From NCBI RefSeq assembly GCF_009914755.1, contig NC_060930.1: a stretch of DNA of 64,000 bases. One strand, written 5' to 3'. Origin of the DNA: the human T2T-CHM13v2.0 reference genome, Homo sapiens. The notes below the pieces were generated by a model that was given only the letters and a program-made list of their open reading frames with translations, was not told where the DNA came from and did not search any database. Below, piece by piece: positions 15,580-32,559 of this stretch. Position numbers and translations under genes: made by a program. Numbering within the stretch: the first letter of the stretch is position 1; every line of letters begins with the position of its first letter.

Positions 15580-15940
15580 TCCGGGCTTTTGCATTTGCTC
15601 TTCCCTCTGGCTTGAAGCCTGAATCTTTGCATGGCTGGCTGTTCCTCCTCTTCAGCTCTCAACTCAAACATCTCTTTCTCAGAGAGAGCTTTCCTGTCCA
15701 CACTATTAAATGCTGCCTTACCTCTAACTCATCACCCATTATTCTCTATTTTCATTTTCTTCAAAGCACTTCTACCTGTAATTATTCACTTGTGTATCTG
15801 GTGTTGGTCTTCTTCACTAGAACATATGTTCCTGGTGAGCAAGATCTGGGTCTGTCTTATTTACCTACTACATTTCCAATGCTTGGATGAGTGCCTGGTA
15901 TATGGCAGGTGTTCAATAAAGGCTGTCTGATTAAATGAGT
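15580..15940 (+). mobile_element. L2 3' end
   Basis: gtgcctgg...caataaa...tgattaaatga L2 terminus motif. Confidence 0.7.
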
Positions 15941-16269
15941 TGTAGTCAGCCCCATTCTCCTCCCAATCCTGGGATACTAAAAGGAAAGGGCTCAGGAACT
16001 TACCTTTTATTACATTTCCACCCATACTTTATAACCAACTAACATTTTAAGAATATACTAATTGGCACTAATTTTTAAGGTAAAAAGTAGACTATACATA
16101 AATCATAAATATACTTGACATGATTATTTTGTTGATTTATCCCAGTATAAATAATTTTTGCTCTAAAACTATTTAAGAATACCAAAGTAAATGAAAATAA
16201 AGGTATGTTTACATTCTATCTTGCAGTATGTGCACAAAAAAATTCCCAAATAATTTTTACGATTATTTT

Positions 16270-17400
16270 AAACTAACACCTTTATTTTTTTTCCCCTGAT
16301 TTCTTTTAGGCTTCCCCTGACTTTGCTAGCTTCAACATGATGGGACTAAATGTGGACTTTTACTCATTTATGTTGAGTGGGACTTATTGTGCTTCCTAAT
16401 TTGAGAATTCACCTTTTACCACTTCTAGAGAATCCTCAGCCATTACCTATTAAAACATTTAAATGTGCAATTAGGGCATCTCATATTTCTTAATATTTGT
16501 GATACTTTACATTTCTCTATTTTTCTGTTTCACTCTGAGTTCCCTTAAATTGGTCTTTCAGTTTAATGCTTTCCTTAGTTGTTTATGATCATCTACTTAA
16601 TTCTACTTTCTTAATTTCCAGCATATTTCATTCCCACAGCTCTGTTTAATGTTTGTTTGAATTTGCCTGGCCTGTTTTGTTCTTTTTGCATACTTTCTCA
16701 TTTATTTTGTATATTTAAGCACTTTAAGTCTATTTATTTTATAGCAATTCTATTGGGGTTCTAATCCTGCTGTAAAGCACCTCATGCCTGCTGATGGTGG
16801 GCTGTTTCTCTAGGTTTTGTAATTTTGCATTGTGAGCAAATCATCAGCTGGATTTTATCTGTGGGAATACTGTGTTGCTTGGGTTCAAGGGTGTATACTT
16901 CTAAGAATTGTTTTGCATTTGTTTCTTCTAAATCTACCAGAGGTTATCACTGACTCAGAACTAATGTTATTTTTTTAGTTTGCGCATTGCAAGGTAGTGT
17001 CAATTCAAATACTAAACACAAATGAGGCAGAAGAGGTACCATTTACATTGAACAACCATTAAAGTATGTGCAGAGGAGACTTTTTACCTCTCTCCACCCA
17101 GAGACCAAGTTAAGACAGAAAAGCTTCCTTGACATCTCAGCTTCTTTTTTCCTAATCCACTATTTTAGTGAAAGATGTGGTCTTTGAAGGGTATCCCGTC
17201 TACACTTTGCTGTTAAAGCTCAGGCCTCTTGGTTACTAAACTTACTGCTATCTTTTTATCCATCCTTACTTTTGGCTTCTAAAGATTTCCCTTACTTTCT
17301 TGAGAGCATGGTTATCCATTTACAAGATATTTATTATATTTTTTTTCCCAGTATCTTTTGGTGTTGTTAGTGGGAGTTTTCAAATTTTCTGCCATTAAAA
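16270..17400 (-). mobile_element. Ancient L1M remnant
   Basis: T-rich diverged L1-like sequence; boundaries uncertain. Confidence 0.45.
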
Positions 17401-18622
17401 TATGTTCAAAACAGGACTTTTAAAAGGTAAAAACAACAGCCTTTGGAACTAATGCTAATGCTATGCTTGAAACCTTACTTTGTTCCCCCAAGCCTTCATA
17501 AAATATGGTAATATTAATTTCTGCTTTAGCTTGCTATTTTTGAGGCCCACTGAAAAGGAGGGGTCGTCCAATAATTCATTTACCTTTCTACCTATCTGCC
17601 TTCCTACATACACATGCAACCAAAGGAAGTTTCCTATAATGGATTCATATGTAAAGCTGTATTTTATATACTACAAAACCCTGTTACCTTTATTAACTAT
17701 GGTATGTTTCTATTTCTTTGTAACCTAACTCTGTGTGGTAAATTACTATTAAAAAATAACTGGAATTTTTCTAATTTACATAATAATTGAAATAGATTGG
17801 AAGGGCTTTTTAGTTTAGTACTATCATTCTCAAAGGGAGGGGTGGGAGGAAGTAACTGTACTCCACAGGCCGTGTTTGGAAATGTGGCAGAGTGGTTTTA
17901 ATTGTTAAAATGACTGGTGGGTGCTATAAGCACATAGTTCTTAGGGACAGGGATGATAAAAATCATGCAGTGCATGAATTACTTCTGCTTAAAATAGAAC
18001 TACCCTGCCTTAAATTCCCAAACTCCTTCTATTGATAAATACTGCTTTAGAAAACTCTAGGCCATATTCTTTATAATACAATTTAATAAACATAAAAAAG
18101 TTATGGAACAGCATTGCATTTCAACTTTATGTTAGGTATGTGGAATATAAATACTTGTAAGATACAGTCTCTGCTCTCTAGAAGTGCAGTCTACTTCGGA
18201 AGACAGGTAGAAAGCTACTAACTTTTAAAGGTAAATAATTATCTCCAAATTACACTATTTAGGCTGCACGCTTTCAAATAAGGAATTTGTTTGAAATAAG
18301 GTATACATGTCCTAAATAAAATCATGCCTCTGATATGGCTCTATGATAAATGCACCTGATGAGATGTGACAAATGCCTGATGAGAGGCTGAATCATAAAG
18401 ACAATGACATCTAAAAACAGTAATATAATGTTTCCTCTATACTAAGGTCATGTGCATACTATATGCTAATTTAAGATATTTCTCCCTAAGTTTTAAATGG
18501 TATGAAATTTATAGATTTTTTAATACATTTCTATGTAATTTTTTAATAAAAATTTGTATAAAAATGGGGATTTTTATAAAACCTTTATTATCCCTAATAG
18601 TCAAAATCGTTATGCAACTTAC

Positions 18623-18728
18623 CTGTGCCATCCGTAGTTCTGCTAACAGATCTGTAAAATTCTGATTTCTTGTGGGCTCTGAATCTTCAACTACTTGAGA
18701 CAGAAAACGACTTTTGTGCATCTGTTCT
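18623..18728 (-). CDS. CEP162: CEP162 exon (~18), 106 nt, EQMHKSRFLS...ELRMAQ
   Basis: Overlaps ORF 18509..18721; aatTAG acceptor, CAG|GTAAGT donor. Confidence 0.93.
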
Positions 18729-19386
18729 CTAATTTATTTTGAAAATAAAAAGTTGTTTTTCTTTCTTACCAGGTGCTCCTTTCAGTAGAAAATATTCAAT
18801 TCTTAAAAATTAAAAACTAACATACATTGAAACTGTATGCATAAATGAAGGTAAAATTTTCATTTAATCTAAAGATTAAAATACTACCATACTAAAAGAG
18901 AAATATACTTTAAGGGAAATGCTTATATCTATTCTAAAAGAACTGAAACCTAAGATTATTGGTTTATTTATAATATAAAAATATTAATTCCCAATTCTCA
19001 GAGGAAAAAAATTAATCGTCTACAAAGATGCGCTGCATTTTTCTGTGGGGTTGTTAATGCAGTCCTTGTCATATTGTTCTAGAATCTTTTCTGAGAGTCG
19101 CCAGTCTCATACATGGAAACTAACAAACAAAACCAAACACAGCCTAATATCTGGACTTTAGATTCAATTTTCCTGTTATTCCAGAGATATTATAGAAGGA
19201 GTTTTGGATTCCACATAAGATCATCTAACCCTAATGTACTAAAGAAACCATTTATTTCATTCTGAAAGTTAATTTACAGCTTCAATTTTGGATCCTGGGA
19301 TAGATCTTCTTTTAGAAGCCAAGTAGTACAAGATAAGATATTTTAAAATAACTTTACTGAAACATCTGGGAAAAAAAGCATAAGTA

Positions 19387-19769
<383 letters not shown>

Positions 19770-20149
19770 TTACAAGGAGAAAGAGGATATATATATATAG
19801 TCTGCTACCAAGTGTGTCTTTTTCTATTTTGCCTGACAGATCAGTATGAGCTATTATTAGCAGCCCTGCCTCTTAGGCCCTAGGTTATATAACCAAAAAG
19901 GGGGAGAAGTATATAAATAAATTCAGTAAACATTCATGATACTCATGGGTCAGAAACTTCTGAGAACAGTCCTTTCTGAGTGATTAGGTGTTTACATAAA
20001 AAGATACACAAATAGTGGTCATTTTCTAAAAGAAGATAGTATGCTAGCTTGTCCATGTTCACGGGCCCAGCTTTTTCACTTAATATGTTAAAGTTGGAAG
20101 CAGTAACGTCCAAAAGACCTTATAGTCTGAAATATGATTCCTAAGTAGG

Positions 20150-20515
20150 TGCTGGTGCTCCATAACCCTGCCATGATAAATGCTGGCTGAAAACAACTTA
20201 CAGGTGCTCCTTTAAACCGCAGCCCCTGACCCGGCATAAAGGGCAGCCCCTACTCCTTTCCACAGTACACTCCGGCCAGTGACTAAGGCTGCCCCCTTGC
20301 CTCAAGCAGGGACCAACTCTGGTACAATTTATTCTCCAGAGCTTCTTGGGAGGAGAATGAAGCCAGTCTCCAGCTGAGACCACTATTTGCCCTCCCCCTA
20401 CCTCACCGTTCCTGCTTCCCTTGCTCCCTTCTCCTGGGAGTTATCCTTCAGTATATCATCTCCACAAGGACCTCCACCATCTCAGGCTCTGCTTCTATGG
20501 AACCTGACCCAAGAA
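20150..20515 (+). mobile_element. ERVL LTR16-like solo LTR
   Basis: Recalled LTR16 motifs (cccttgcctcaag...ctcaggctctgcttct...aacctgacc). Confidence 0.65.
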
Positions 20516-20900
20516 GATCATAAGTGATACTGTATGACCATTCTTTTTTAGTATTATTAATCAAATGGTTCCTTGGGAAATGGTTAATTATCTCATTCTT
20601 AATGACTGATCAAGAGGAATACTATATATTCAATTTCCTGAAACTGATGTTTGAATCAGTTATGAACATAAATTCATATGAATTCAAATATGAATATGCT
20701 GAAAATACTATCAAGTATGTGCTGGCCATCTAACACCAAAAGAAAAATCCACTGAGTATTAAACATAAAATTGGAAATGTGTACAAATAAAAATAAAATT
20801 TTACTATGTCTAAGTAAAAATAAATGTATTATTAACATAATAAGAAAATGCTTGAAATAGTCTAAGTATATTTGATTTTAAGAAGTTCAAAAGGACTTAC

Positions 20901-21013
20901 TTTAAGGAAGCTACCTCACTGAATAAACTTTGGTTTTCCTTAAACATTCGCTCCTCATTTTTCTTGTTTTGTTCTTGGAGATCTTTTACTTGATTATATA
21001 ATCGTTCATTTTC
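20901..21013 (-). CDS. CEP162: CEP162 exon (~17), 113 nt, ENERLYNQVK...SEVASL(K)
   Basis: AAG acceptor, AAA|GTAAGT donor. Confidence 0.93.
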
Positions 21014-22526
21014 CTTTTTAAAAACAGAAAACTGCATTTTAGTTAAAAGTCATTAGTACTTATATAACATAATATATGTGCTCATAATAGATTAATCCTT
21101 TAAACGGCCTTTTAAGTTTCTTTAGCTTTTGCGTATGTAAAGTCTTTTTTAAACTTTTTATATTATATCTGAAGAAAATTTGGTGTCTAAAAACAGTTCT
21201 TTCCATAACATTTAAAATGGCTAATTGAAAAAATAATTTGCAAAATTCCCAAAGCCAAAGGGCCTAAGGTCAGTTTAATGCACTGCATTTCACAGGAGGT
21301 AAGTGGGAGAGTGGCTGAAGGAATCACCACATCCTGACTGTGTGGACCCGGGTGGAAAGACCCAGTGAGACCCTTTACATTCTTTTCTGTTTCTGGCTCA
21401 AGAGAGGGGAAAAAAAAAATCACTGCTGGAGGAAGATTCTGGAAGTCTGGCTGCCAGTGGTGAGGTAATCAGATGTACCTACGGGTGCTCATACTTGTAT
21501 CTGCTACTGACTGTAAACAGGGAGTTAAAGACCGGTGTTTCTGAAAGTTGTCAGGACAAGGCAGAGCAGAGGACAGACCCAGTTCACCACAAGGCTTGAG
21601 CTAAAGAGCTAAAGAGTGACTCAACCAGTTGAGATCAGAGGGAGAAGAGATGGTGCCAATCTGCACTTAGATGCCCTCCCTGGCTTATGAACCTGTTTAA
21701 AATTAAAAATCAGATGCAAACCAAGGGCTTTGAGTATCTAATGCAAACTATAGACTGTTTTACCATGTCTGGAATAGTGCCTGGCGACAGTCTGTGCTTA
21801 AATACATGAAGAATTAACAAACATTTCCCCCTACTATTTAGACACATAAATTTTGTGTTGTCTCTGTTGGAGGGGTTGGTCGGCATACTTATGGGTCTGT
21901 TAAATTTTCTTAAAAACCTCTGTTTTTTAATGGCAAGATCAAACTGGCAGAAGAATTTGAATGGTTCCCAGTAACTGAAGGCAGTGTGTCCTGCAAAATC
22001 ATTCCAATTCAGTTACAGCAAACATTGTAATCATTGATGGGGCAATGCTTTTGATGATGTCCCTGGGTGATAATGCATGTTACTAAGGCTCAAGGTTCAA
22101 GTTACAGTTGTCAAAAGAGAAGAATGTAATGAGAGACAAGAAAGGAGAGAAGTAAGAAAAAAGGGTGTGGGAGGCACAGAACAAAGATAAAGTCTTATGT
22201 TGATTTGAAGATAACTAAACCTGTCCTGGTTGACTGTCAGGCTAGCAACACCAAGATACCAAGATGTCATTACACATTGCAAACATCTGCCTCTATAGGA
22301 CCCAAAGATTTTCTTGCATTAAATTCAAAATTTTTTCACCCTCAGGGCATTAGCAATTAATTTCAGATTCATATTTCTGAATATAATAGCAAAACCAGCC
22401 AATACTGTCTACTGAAGAGCATTACAGGAAACTAAGAAAAGATAGGACAGTTTTTAAGAAACTGGCTATTAAAAATAACAGGTAACTTTCATTGATCGAT
22501 TGCTGTGTGTCACACTAAGAGTGTAC

Positions 22527-22742
22527 AGATGCTCCTCAACTTGCTTGCCCCGCAAATAGCTATATCCCAATAAGGCCAAAAAGTAAGTAAAAAATGTCCT
22601 AAGTTGAAAATGCACTTAATACCCTGATAAACCCAATGTAAAGTCAAAAAATAGTAAGTAAAACTTACGATGAAGTTACATCCTGATAAGCCCATCATAA
22701 ATTAAAACTTTGTTAAGTCAAACCAGTGGAAGTTAGGGATCC
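22527..22742. mobile_element. Tigger-family non-autonomous element (MER47-like)
   Basis: cagatgctcctcaactt terminus; internal ctgataa[a/g]ccca repeats. Confidence 0.65.
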
Positions 22743-22958
22743 TATATATTATTATCCCCACTTCACAGATGAAGAAACTGGATTAGAAAGATTAAGTGAT
22801 GCCCAAGGCACACAGCAGGTGGTAGAGCTAAGACTCAAAACCACATTTTTCTAATCCAGAACCCATGCTTTTACCATTTAATTCTCCTCATGAGAAATAC
22901 ACAGACTAGTCAAATTATTATCTCCTATTTGCCAGGATTACCATTATCTGTTAAATAA

Positions 22959-23292
<334 letters not shown>

Positions 23293-23342
23293 TAACTAAA
23301 AGATCAAGAGTAAATTTGCCATATGTTGAAGAATTGCCATAC

Positions 23343-23483
23343 CTGTTGATATCCTTGAAGAAGTGTCTCTTGTTCTTGTATTTCTTTTTGGATTTGCTTC
23401 AACTTTTCTCCAGTGACAGGATCAGCTGCTTCTCCAAAATGTAACCACCTTTGTTTTTTGTTTGTTTCTTCAAAGCTGCTTAA
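23343..23483 (-). CDS. CEP162: CEP162 exon (~16), 141 nt, [10 protein letters not shown]...LLQGYQQ
   Basis: ctccAAG acceptor, CAG|GTATG donor. Confidence 0.93.
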
Positions 23484-24021
23484 CTTGGAGAAATTGCAGA
23501 AATTGTTTTATTTGGGGAAGGAAATGATAAGGTGAGAAGTGAGAAAGAATAACAGGAAACTCCTATTTAGATCGAAAACTGTCTTATAATATTGAACATA
23601 TTAGAATGTGACATAACTAGTTAAATCAGCAAAGTGCTGTTTTGTGCTGATGGTGCTGGGTGAGTAAAGGAACTCACAAATGCTACACAATGTCATCCTC
23701 TGGGTCTATACCTTCTATAGCAGTTCTTGCTCAAACTTTCATTTCTTTGAAGGTCAGAATGAACTGATTTTCTTTAAAAAGGACTGCTAACAGAAGAAAA
23801 CCATAAAAATGAGCCAATTTAAATTTAATTTTCTCCCCCAAGGGTTCAAAATTTAGGCTCTCATGTACGGAATCACTCTTGGAACCATTCTATATTTTAT
23901 ACAGCAAATACATCAAGTCAAACATCTCTAGGAACCAAGGATGACAATGTATTTAGCAGGGAATTCAGCTTTTTTTTTTTTTAATAAATATAAAAAAATA
24001 CCAGAACAATGTATCTAGTAC

Positions 24022-24249
24022 CTTGGCTTGAAGAATATAATTATCTTGATTCAATTTGAAGAGTTCTTTTTCCTGTTGTTTCTTTAGTTCTTCCAACTTA
24101 TTTTCTAGTTCTTTCTCCTTTTCTGAGAATGTGGCTTTAATTTGCTCAATTAGGGCTTGCGCACCCCTCCATTTATCCTCTGCTTCCTGAACTCTTTTAA
24201 ACATAAGTAATTTCTTCTCCTTGTTCTCACCACAGTATCCTAAGGAATC
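24022..24249 (-). CDS. CEP162: CEP162 exon (~15), 228 nt, DSLGYCGENK...NYILQAK (start of coiled coil)
   Basis: Overlaps ORF 23965..24204; AAG acceptor, AAG|GTACT donor. Confidence 0.94.
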
Positions 24250-24508
24250 CTTTCAAGACAAAGCATTACTTCATTACAGTAGACTTATGTATAAGATTTG
24301 AACACAGGTGGTTAATTAAAAAAAGAATAAAAAGGACATGGTTAATAATGTTCTATTATATAAGAAAATTAACTGTTTAGTAAGAGTGATTACAGTATCA
24401 CTCAAAGGAAAAGACATTTCAGTCCTTATTATATTTTGTTATATATAATTTAGTTTTAATATAATTTTAGAACATAAAACATTATGATTATTAATTTTGA
24501 ATACCTAC

Positions 24509-24642
24509 AGTCTGAAACTGAATACAGGAATCAGTTTCTGTGGGATTTTCAGACTTCTTACGAGTAGACAGGCAACTTTCAGTTTTGTGAGCTGGTTTAT
24601 CCAAAGCTGCAGGCTTGATGAGTTTTGTTCCAGATAAGATTT
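24509..24642 (-). CDS. CEP162: CEP162 exon (~14), 134 nt, ILSGTKLIKP...CIQFQT
   Basis: attTAG acceptor; the in-frame donor is ACT|GTAGGT. Confidence 0.9.
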
Positions 24643-25831
24643 CTAAATATTATAAACAATGTATAAATGCACCACAAATGTAAAGTTAAATGTATACTCA
24701 TCAATTGTGTCCAATAACTAAAAATACAATGGAAACACAAAAATGAGGATCTCAGAATAGGCTGATGGACTACACTATAACACAGCTGTTTCACTATAAC
24801 TGATTGCATTCAGAAAGATTGCCACTCCATAATCAACATTCTACTAAATTTGACACAGATGGCCAATTAACCCAAGACTCATGTCAATTGACAAATGGAG
24901 CTAAATAAATGTGAGAATGTGGATAGAAATAACTTTCAGAGTTTATTAGTTTTAAATAAATTCTTCTGTTAAATGTTCATAGCAATAATCAATCAAAATT
25001 TCTAAATGACAAATCAAGGAGCAGCTGATAACATTATGAAACATTTTGGTGCGGACTAAGTGTGCTTTCAGAGCACATTTTTTATAAACAATGTATATCA
25101 TGATATTATAGTATCAATGGAATAATATAAATTGCACGGAGGATTTTATAATTGTTAATCTAAATCAGATTTTAAAAGATTAACTCTGCTATAAAAACTT
25201 GGCAATATATATTAAATTATAAAAAAAGTGATTAATATATATTCTGTTCCAATTTTCAGCTTTTAAGGTAACCTGTAAATTCTTAAACAAGAAATCATTC
25301 TAAGGCTAATATAGTATTCAGTTAGTAATAAACAATGTTTAAGAACAGTACCTAAAAAGGATCCTAAGGTCCATATTCAAATACTACAGGTCCTGAGTTC
25401 AATAAACAATATCTGATTGCTTTAGAGATAAATTAAGAATTTCAAAATTTTAATTTTTAAAAATTTATTCAAGATGCTTTTTAAATGTAGAGTTTACTTT
25501 TTAATTACAAATGAATGTTATACATGATTATTAAATATTTGGAAAATATAGAGCAGTCAAAAGAAAAAACAAATTACCAACAGTCCCTCACCAAAAGATT
25601 TCATTTCAATTATTTTTCCAGGTATGTGAAGGTTTTCCTTATAGAGTTATGATCATATTTAATTAGACCGATGTAAGTTTTCTGGAGAAATTTCTAAAAG
25701 TGTTCATGAAGAGACTGTTTTAAGTCATTGTAAGAGCAGGCTTTCAAAACTTCCAAATCACTGGAGGCTCATTAAATGAATGGGGTGTGATCTGCTAGCA
25801 CATGATTCTCCTTAGGACAAGGCAGCTAGTA

Positions 25832-26067
25832 CAGGTGGAACGTCCCGGATCAGAAAATCCAAAATCCAAACTGCTCTAAAATCTGAAATTTTTTGAGGGT
25901 CAACATGACGCTCATAGAAAAATGCTTACAGGAACGTTTAGGATTTTGGATTTTTGGATTGGAGATGCTAAACTGGTAAATATAATGCAAATACTCCAAA
26001 ATCCAATGAAATCTGAAATTTGAAACACTTCTGGTCCCAGGCTTTTTGGATACATAATACTCAACCT
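25832..26067. mobile_element. Tigger4a/MER46-like MITE
   Basis: Imperfect TIRs caggtggaac...actcaacct and internal aaaatcc/ggattttt inverted repeats. Confidence 0.75.
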
Positions 26068-26189
26068 ATCACATGTTCTTGTTCATAGTTGTAGTCTGCC
26101 AGTCCTTTTATGCCAGAGTTCTCCCTTCTTGAATTCTTAATTTTGACTTCTCAGTGGACTAAAGTATCAAGTAATTATATTTATTTTAA

Positions 26190-26236
26190 TTTTTTTTTTT
26201 GAGACAGAGTCTCGCTCTGTTTCCCAGGCTGGAGTG
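26190..26236 (-). mobile_element. Short Alu 3' fragment
   Basis: polyT+gagacagagtctcgctctgt...ggagtg. Confidence 0.85.
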
Positions 26237-26249
26237 TATTTTTTAAAAA

Positions 26250-26465
26250 TTTTAATAATATTTATTTAACACAATATATCCAACATATTAAGATTTTGAC
26301 ATAAATGAATCATTAAAAATGGGGATATTTTATGTTGTTTGTTCATACTACATCTTAGAAGTACAAAAGGTAATTTATTTACAAGACATCTCAATTCAGA
26401 CTAGCTACATTTCAAATGCTAAATGGCCATGTGTGGCCAGTGGCTGCCACAGTGGACAAGACAGT
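26250..26465. mobile_element. hAT-Charlie MER3/MER33-like
   Basis: actagctacatttcaaatgct...atgtggccagtggct motif. Confidence 0.65.
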
Positions 26466-26702
26466 TCTCACCTCCGCCCATCCTCCAGCCTCATCTCCTC
26501 ATCCCCTTCCCTAGTTGATAGGCTAACTACATTGACTATTTATTGAAGGATTCCTAAGTGACAATCACTGTACTCATATTTTCTCATTTTATCCACCCTT
26601 CCCTGTACCCCACCACTATATGCATACAGGAAAAACTTTCTGGGTTTGGTTTTCTTTCATTTGCATTTCAGAGACTTGGAAACTGAGACAAAGAGAGATT
26701 AA

Positions 26703-27131
<429 letters not shown>

Positions 27132-27954
27132 TGAATAATCAATATTAGTTCAACACTCTTTTTAAAAGTATGAAAACTGTGACTTGGACAAGTTGAGTGA
27201 ATAGCCCAAGGACACACCGTTATTTAGTGGCCAAGTTGAGATTAGGAAAATAATTGTATTGAATTAACAAAGTAAAGGCACTTAATAATGCTGTCCAAAT
27301 AAGGGAGCATTATTTTATTATGATATAATATTATTTCTGCACTCTAGGAAAAGTCAGTATGTGAGACTTAGAATTTGTAGCAGTCTAGATTTTGGCTACT
27401 GCCAAACTTTTTATTACATTTTTAAATATATTTGGATCCTGAATCAAATAAACTGTAAAAAGTTATGACATTTATGAGATATTTGGCTATTTAAACTTGA
27501 CTGGATATTTAATAATGTTAAAAAATTGTTACGTTTTTAAGGTAAGATAATGGTATGGTGTTTTTTTTTAAGTCCTTATCTTTAAAGATGCATACGGACA
27601 TATTTGCAGTTGAAATAATCTAATGTCTGGGTTAGCTTCAAAATAAAAAGAGAGTAGCTGGAAATGAAGATGAAACAAGATTGAATAGGAGTTCATAATT
27701 TTGAAGCTGGGTGAGGGATAAATGGGATTCATTAACCATTTTATTTAAATTTGCATATGTTTACTTTTTTGGTAATAATTTAAATTTTTTCAATAAATTT
27801 ATTCAACCATTGAGCATCTTTGCAAACTTTTAAAGTATGCTTTGATTAATACAATTTTGAGGAACATCCCTAGGGGATGTAGTAAGGGGTAACCTTTGCT
27901 TAATACCTGTATGTGCAAGATGCCAAGCTAGCCACTTTGCAAACCTTATCTCCT

Positions 27955-30795
<2,841 letters not shown>

Positions 30796-32559
30796 TAATT
30801 ACTTTAAATAATGGCACATGAGCAGTACTTTATCCTTTTACACATGAAAAAAATTTGCTTGAATATGAAATTTAAACATGAAACACTGCAGTATTTGGAA
30901 CCCACGAAACCTTCTTGAAATAGCAATGCATAAGAAAATTCAGTCAAAAAGAAACCAATCAAAATAATTCTACAATAGAGAAACTATGGCTAAGAGACAA
31001 GTGAAGAGCATTCAGTCTCTTTAATAATCAGAACCAAGAATTAAATCCAAAAGCTGAGAGAAATTAAGGTTGTAGGAGAGAATATATTAAATGTATCTTA
31101 AAAAATAAAATAAAAATGAATAGGAGGCATGTAAGTTGGGGATATAATATGCTTTATATTTCACGGAAGGGAAGGAATCGATTGGTAATGTCTAAAATTA
31201 AAAAAGTTAAGAAACAACACTACAGTTATGGCAATCTTTGAGTGTTTTTCATAATCTCTTTCCTTAAAGATTTTTCATAATCTTTTCCTTGTATTTTCAG
31301 ATATACAATTTCTTAGGAAGAAATTTCTTTTTCTTCTTATAGATATAAGTAAACCTAGATCTAATATCCTATTTTAAAAGAACCTGTAAAGTGTAATCTC
31401 ATTCTTATAAAATATTTTGTCCATTTATCCACATCTGCCTCTCTACTTCCGTCCATTCATTCACATTTCCTTCTATTATATAAGTATATACATAGTGAGA
31501 TGCATGGAATCTGCTCACCCAGCATAACAACAGTTGTTTCTGGCTAAATCATTGCAAGCATTCTTTCACTTTTCTGTAATTTTGAATTTTAAATAATAAG
31601 CATATATTAAGAATTTTTAATTCTTAATAAGAGAAGACAATAATAAGTATTTTTGTCCTTTCATGGCAAAAAAAATACTTAGTCTAAAAATAAAAACACA
31701 AGTTAGAGCCAAAGAAAATTAATCAAAACTAAAAAGGAAAACAACAACATGGTTGGTACTGCTAACTGCCAACCTTCTCTTCCTTCCTATTAATAAATAT
31801 CTAATTCTGTCCTGAGCAGCAACGTACATAAACGTACTCAACCCCCTGAACTCCATTCAACTTACGGCCACAAGATCAAAGGTCATTAAGATGGATGCAA
31901 AAACTTTCCTGGGTTGATGGTTTGGCTGGCATCTACCTTTTACCTTTCACCCTACCTCATGGACAGGGTCCGGAGGCAGAGTAGCCATTGTGACAGTTAA
32001 GACAAAAGTCACATACTAGGGATTTTGCATCAGGAAAGACAAAGGGATCTGGTTCCTTGCACAGCTTTCCAGCCATGAACTGCCTATCTCTGGACTCTTT
32101 GTTACATAAAAGAAAAGATGCCTTTAATTTGGTTAAGTTCCGGTAGTTGGGCTTTTTCTTCATCCTAACCAATGTTGATTTTAATTTTAACTGCATTCTG
32201 TATATTTTCTGAACACTAATCTCATCTCAAACTCTGCTTCTTGGAGAACTCAACCTTTGACAAGTAACCACTATCCCAAAGGAATTATAGTTCCTCTGAA
32301 TAAAACTAAAACTTCTCTGGGCAATTCTTCAATAAAAAACAGAGATTAAAAATATCATACTTAATATTCAGTCTAATGAGAAAAAGTAGTTCAGTTTAAA
32401 AACATTTATGGTCCATCATTATACTTTACTATAAATTTTAATAATGTGTTTTTTTTTATTTTGGATGTCACAAATGCTATACAATTTTAAAATATGAAAA
32501 ATGAGTTTAAGAATATTATTTCACTTTACTCATAAAAATATTAGTCTTCATCTAGCAAC

